From Kiritimatiellia bacterium (lineage in GTDB: Bacteria; Verrucomicrobiota; Kiritimatiellia; RFP12; UBA1067): 64,000 nt of DNA. Below, piece after piece: positions 63,741-64,000 of the stretch. The notes under the pieces are model-generated. The model searched no databases. It was not told where the DNA came from and saw nothing but the letters and a program-made list of their open reading frames with translations. Numbering within the stretch: the stretch's first letter is position 1; each line of letters begins with the position of its first letter. A program made the position numbers and the translations under genes. The stretch lies in NCBI GenBank assembly GCA_045636065.1, contig JAZTWW010000049.1, forward strand, positions 5,168-69,167. Direction: 5' to 3'.

Positions 63741-63840
63741 TGGATTACTCCTTCTCTCTCTTTTGAATTAAAGTTGATTGTTGGAAATGGATTGTCTTTG
63801 GACGCGGGCATGTGCAGCCAAGTCCATTACCAGCGTCTCC

Positions 63841-63893
63841 CACTGAACACTGAACACTGAATACTGGATACTGGATACTGGATACTGAATACT
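63841..63893. repeat. Heptanucleotide tandem repeat (3x CACTGAA, 3x TACTGGA, 1x TACTGAA, plus a partial copy) about 100 bp upstream of the giant PATR-like gene
   Basis: Read directly: cactgaa cactgaa cactgaa tactgga tactgga tactgga tactgaa tactc. Lies in the 5' region of the minus-strand gene starting at 63740. Confidence 0.9.
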
Positions 63894-64000
63894 CTCCCCG
63901 CCTCCGCGCCTCTGCGTCTCTGCGCGAGAATAAAACAACGCGATCTCCGCGCGCCATTCAAACGGCGGCGCGCGCGAAGCGTATCTGGCCTATTGGCCCT

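Noticed and set aside
63745-63957. 70-aa minus-strand ORF upstream of the giant PATR-like gene
   Set aside because: It spans the heptanucleotide tandem repeat and the promoter region. Its sequence is repeat-derived (VSSIQYPVFSVQCSV), with no RBS. It is treated as non-coding regulatory DNA.

Overview
High-GC bacterial chromosomal window. All recognisable genes are on the minus strand except one two-gene cassette at 27.4-28.1 kb. Prepilin-type N-termini (MKKGFTLIELMVV), a giant GspK-like protein, and PATR-like and He_PIG giant surface proteins suggest a PVC-type organism (Verrucomicrobiota/Kiritimatiellota/Lentisphaerota-like); this is an inference.

Contents, left to right:
- PFK (partial), a DUF805 protein and uppS.
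- A 4.2-15.6 kb block of consecutive secreted proteins, including two adjacent proteins carrying three thioredoxin-like CxxC modules, a DoxX/MauE membrane protein, a PPIase lipoprotein and a Cys-rich protein.
- rdgB, acpP and aroA.
- An EPS export locus: Wzc with an extra N-terminal Tyr cluster, a Wzy/ligase-like protein, an OMP and Wza.
- An MFS sugar porter, smpB and rpoZ.
- An intergenic 11-bp x7.6 tandem array overlapping an extended -10 promoter that drives two small translationally coupled + strand ORFs.
- infA, then a V-type ATPase D-I-K mini-operon with no A/B subunits.
- tRNA-Leu, then rplQ-rpoA-rpsD-rpsK-rpsM-rpmJ.
- A radical-SAM/SPASM protein next to hemL.
- tRNA-Met (initiator-like) and tRNA-Arg.
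- A long minus-strand block with stop/start overlaps at several junctions: KS-hotdog fusion, rsmI, truA, manC, a 1067-aa GspK-like protein, seven prepilin-type proteins and GspF (38.1-51.6 kb). No GspD or GspE is present.
- A flavodiiron protein and glyQS.
- A small secreted protein built from 63-bp (21-aa) tandem repeats.
- A putative type II R-M cassette (TaqI-like N6A MTase plus a small putative endonuclease), lower in GC by eye. It sits between ~90-bp direct repeats that duplicate the 3' end of the neighbouring gene.
- A repeat-rich hypothetical gene containing a symmetric TGTTGCCA/TGGCAACA array and GGGGACAGYCCC palindromes.
- A 1437-aa PATR-like beta-helix surface protein whose upstream region carries a 7-bp x7 tandem repeat, a phase-variation candidate.

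No CRISPR array, rRNA or transposase was seen. Coordinates follow the supplied ORF track. Start codons were re-chosen where a signal peptide, a family N-terminus or an RBS supported a different start.
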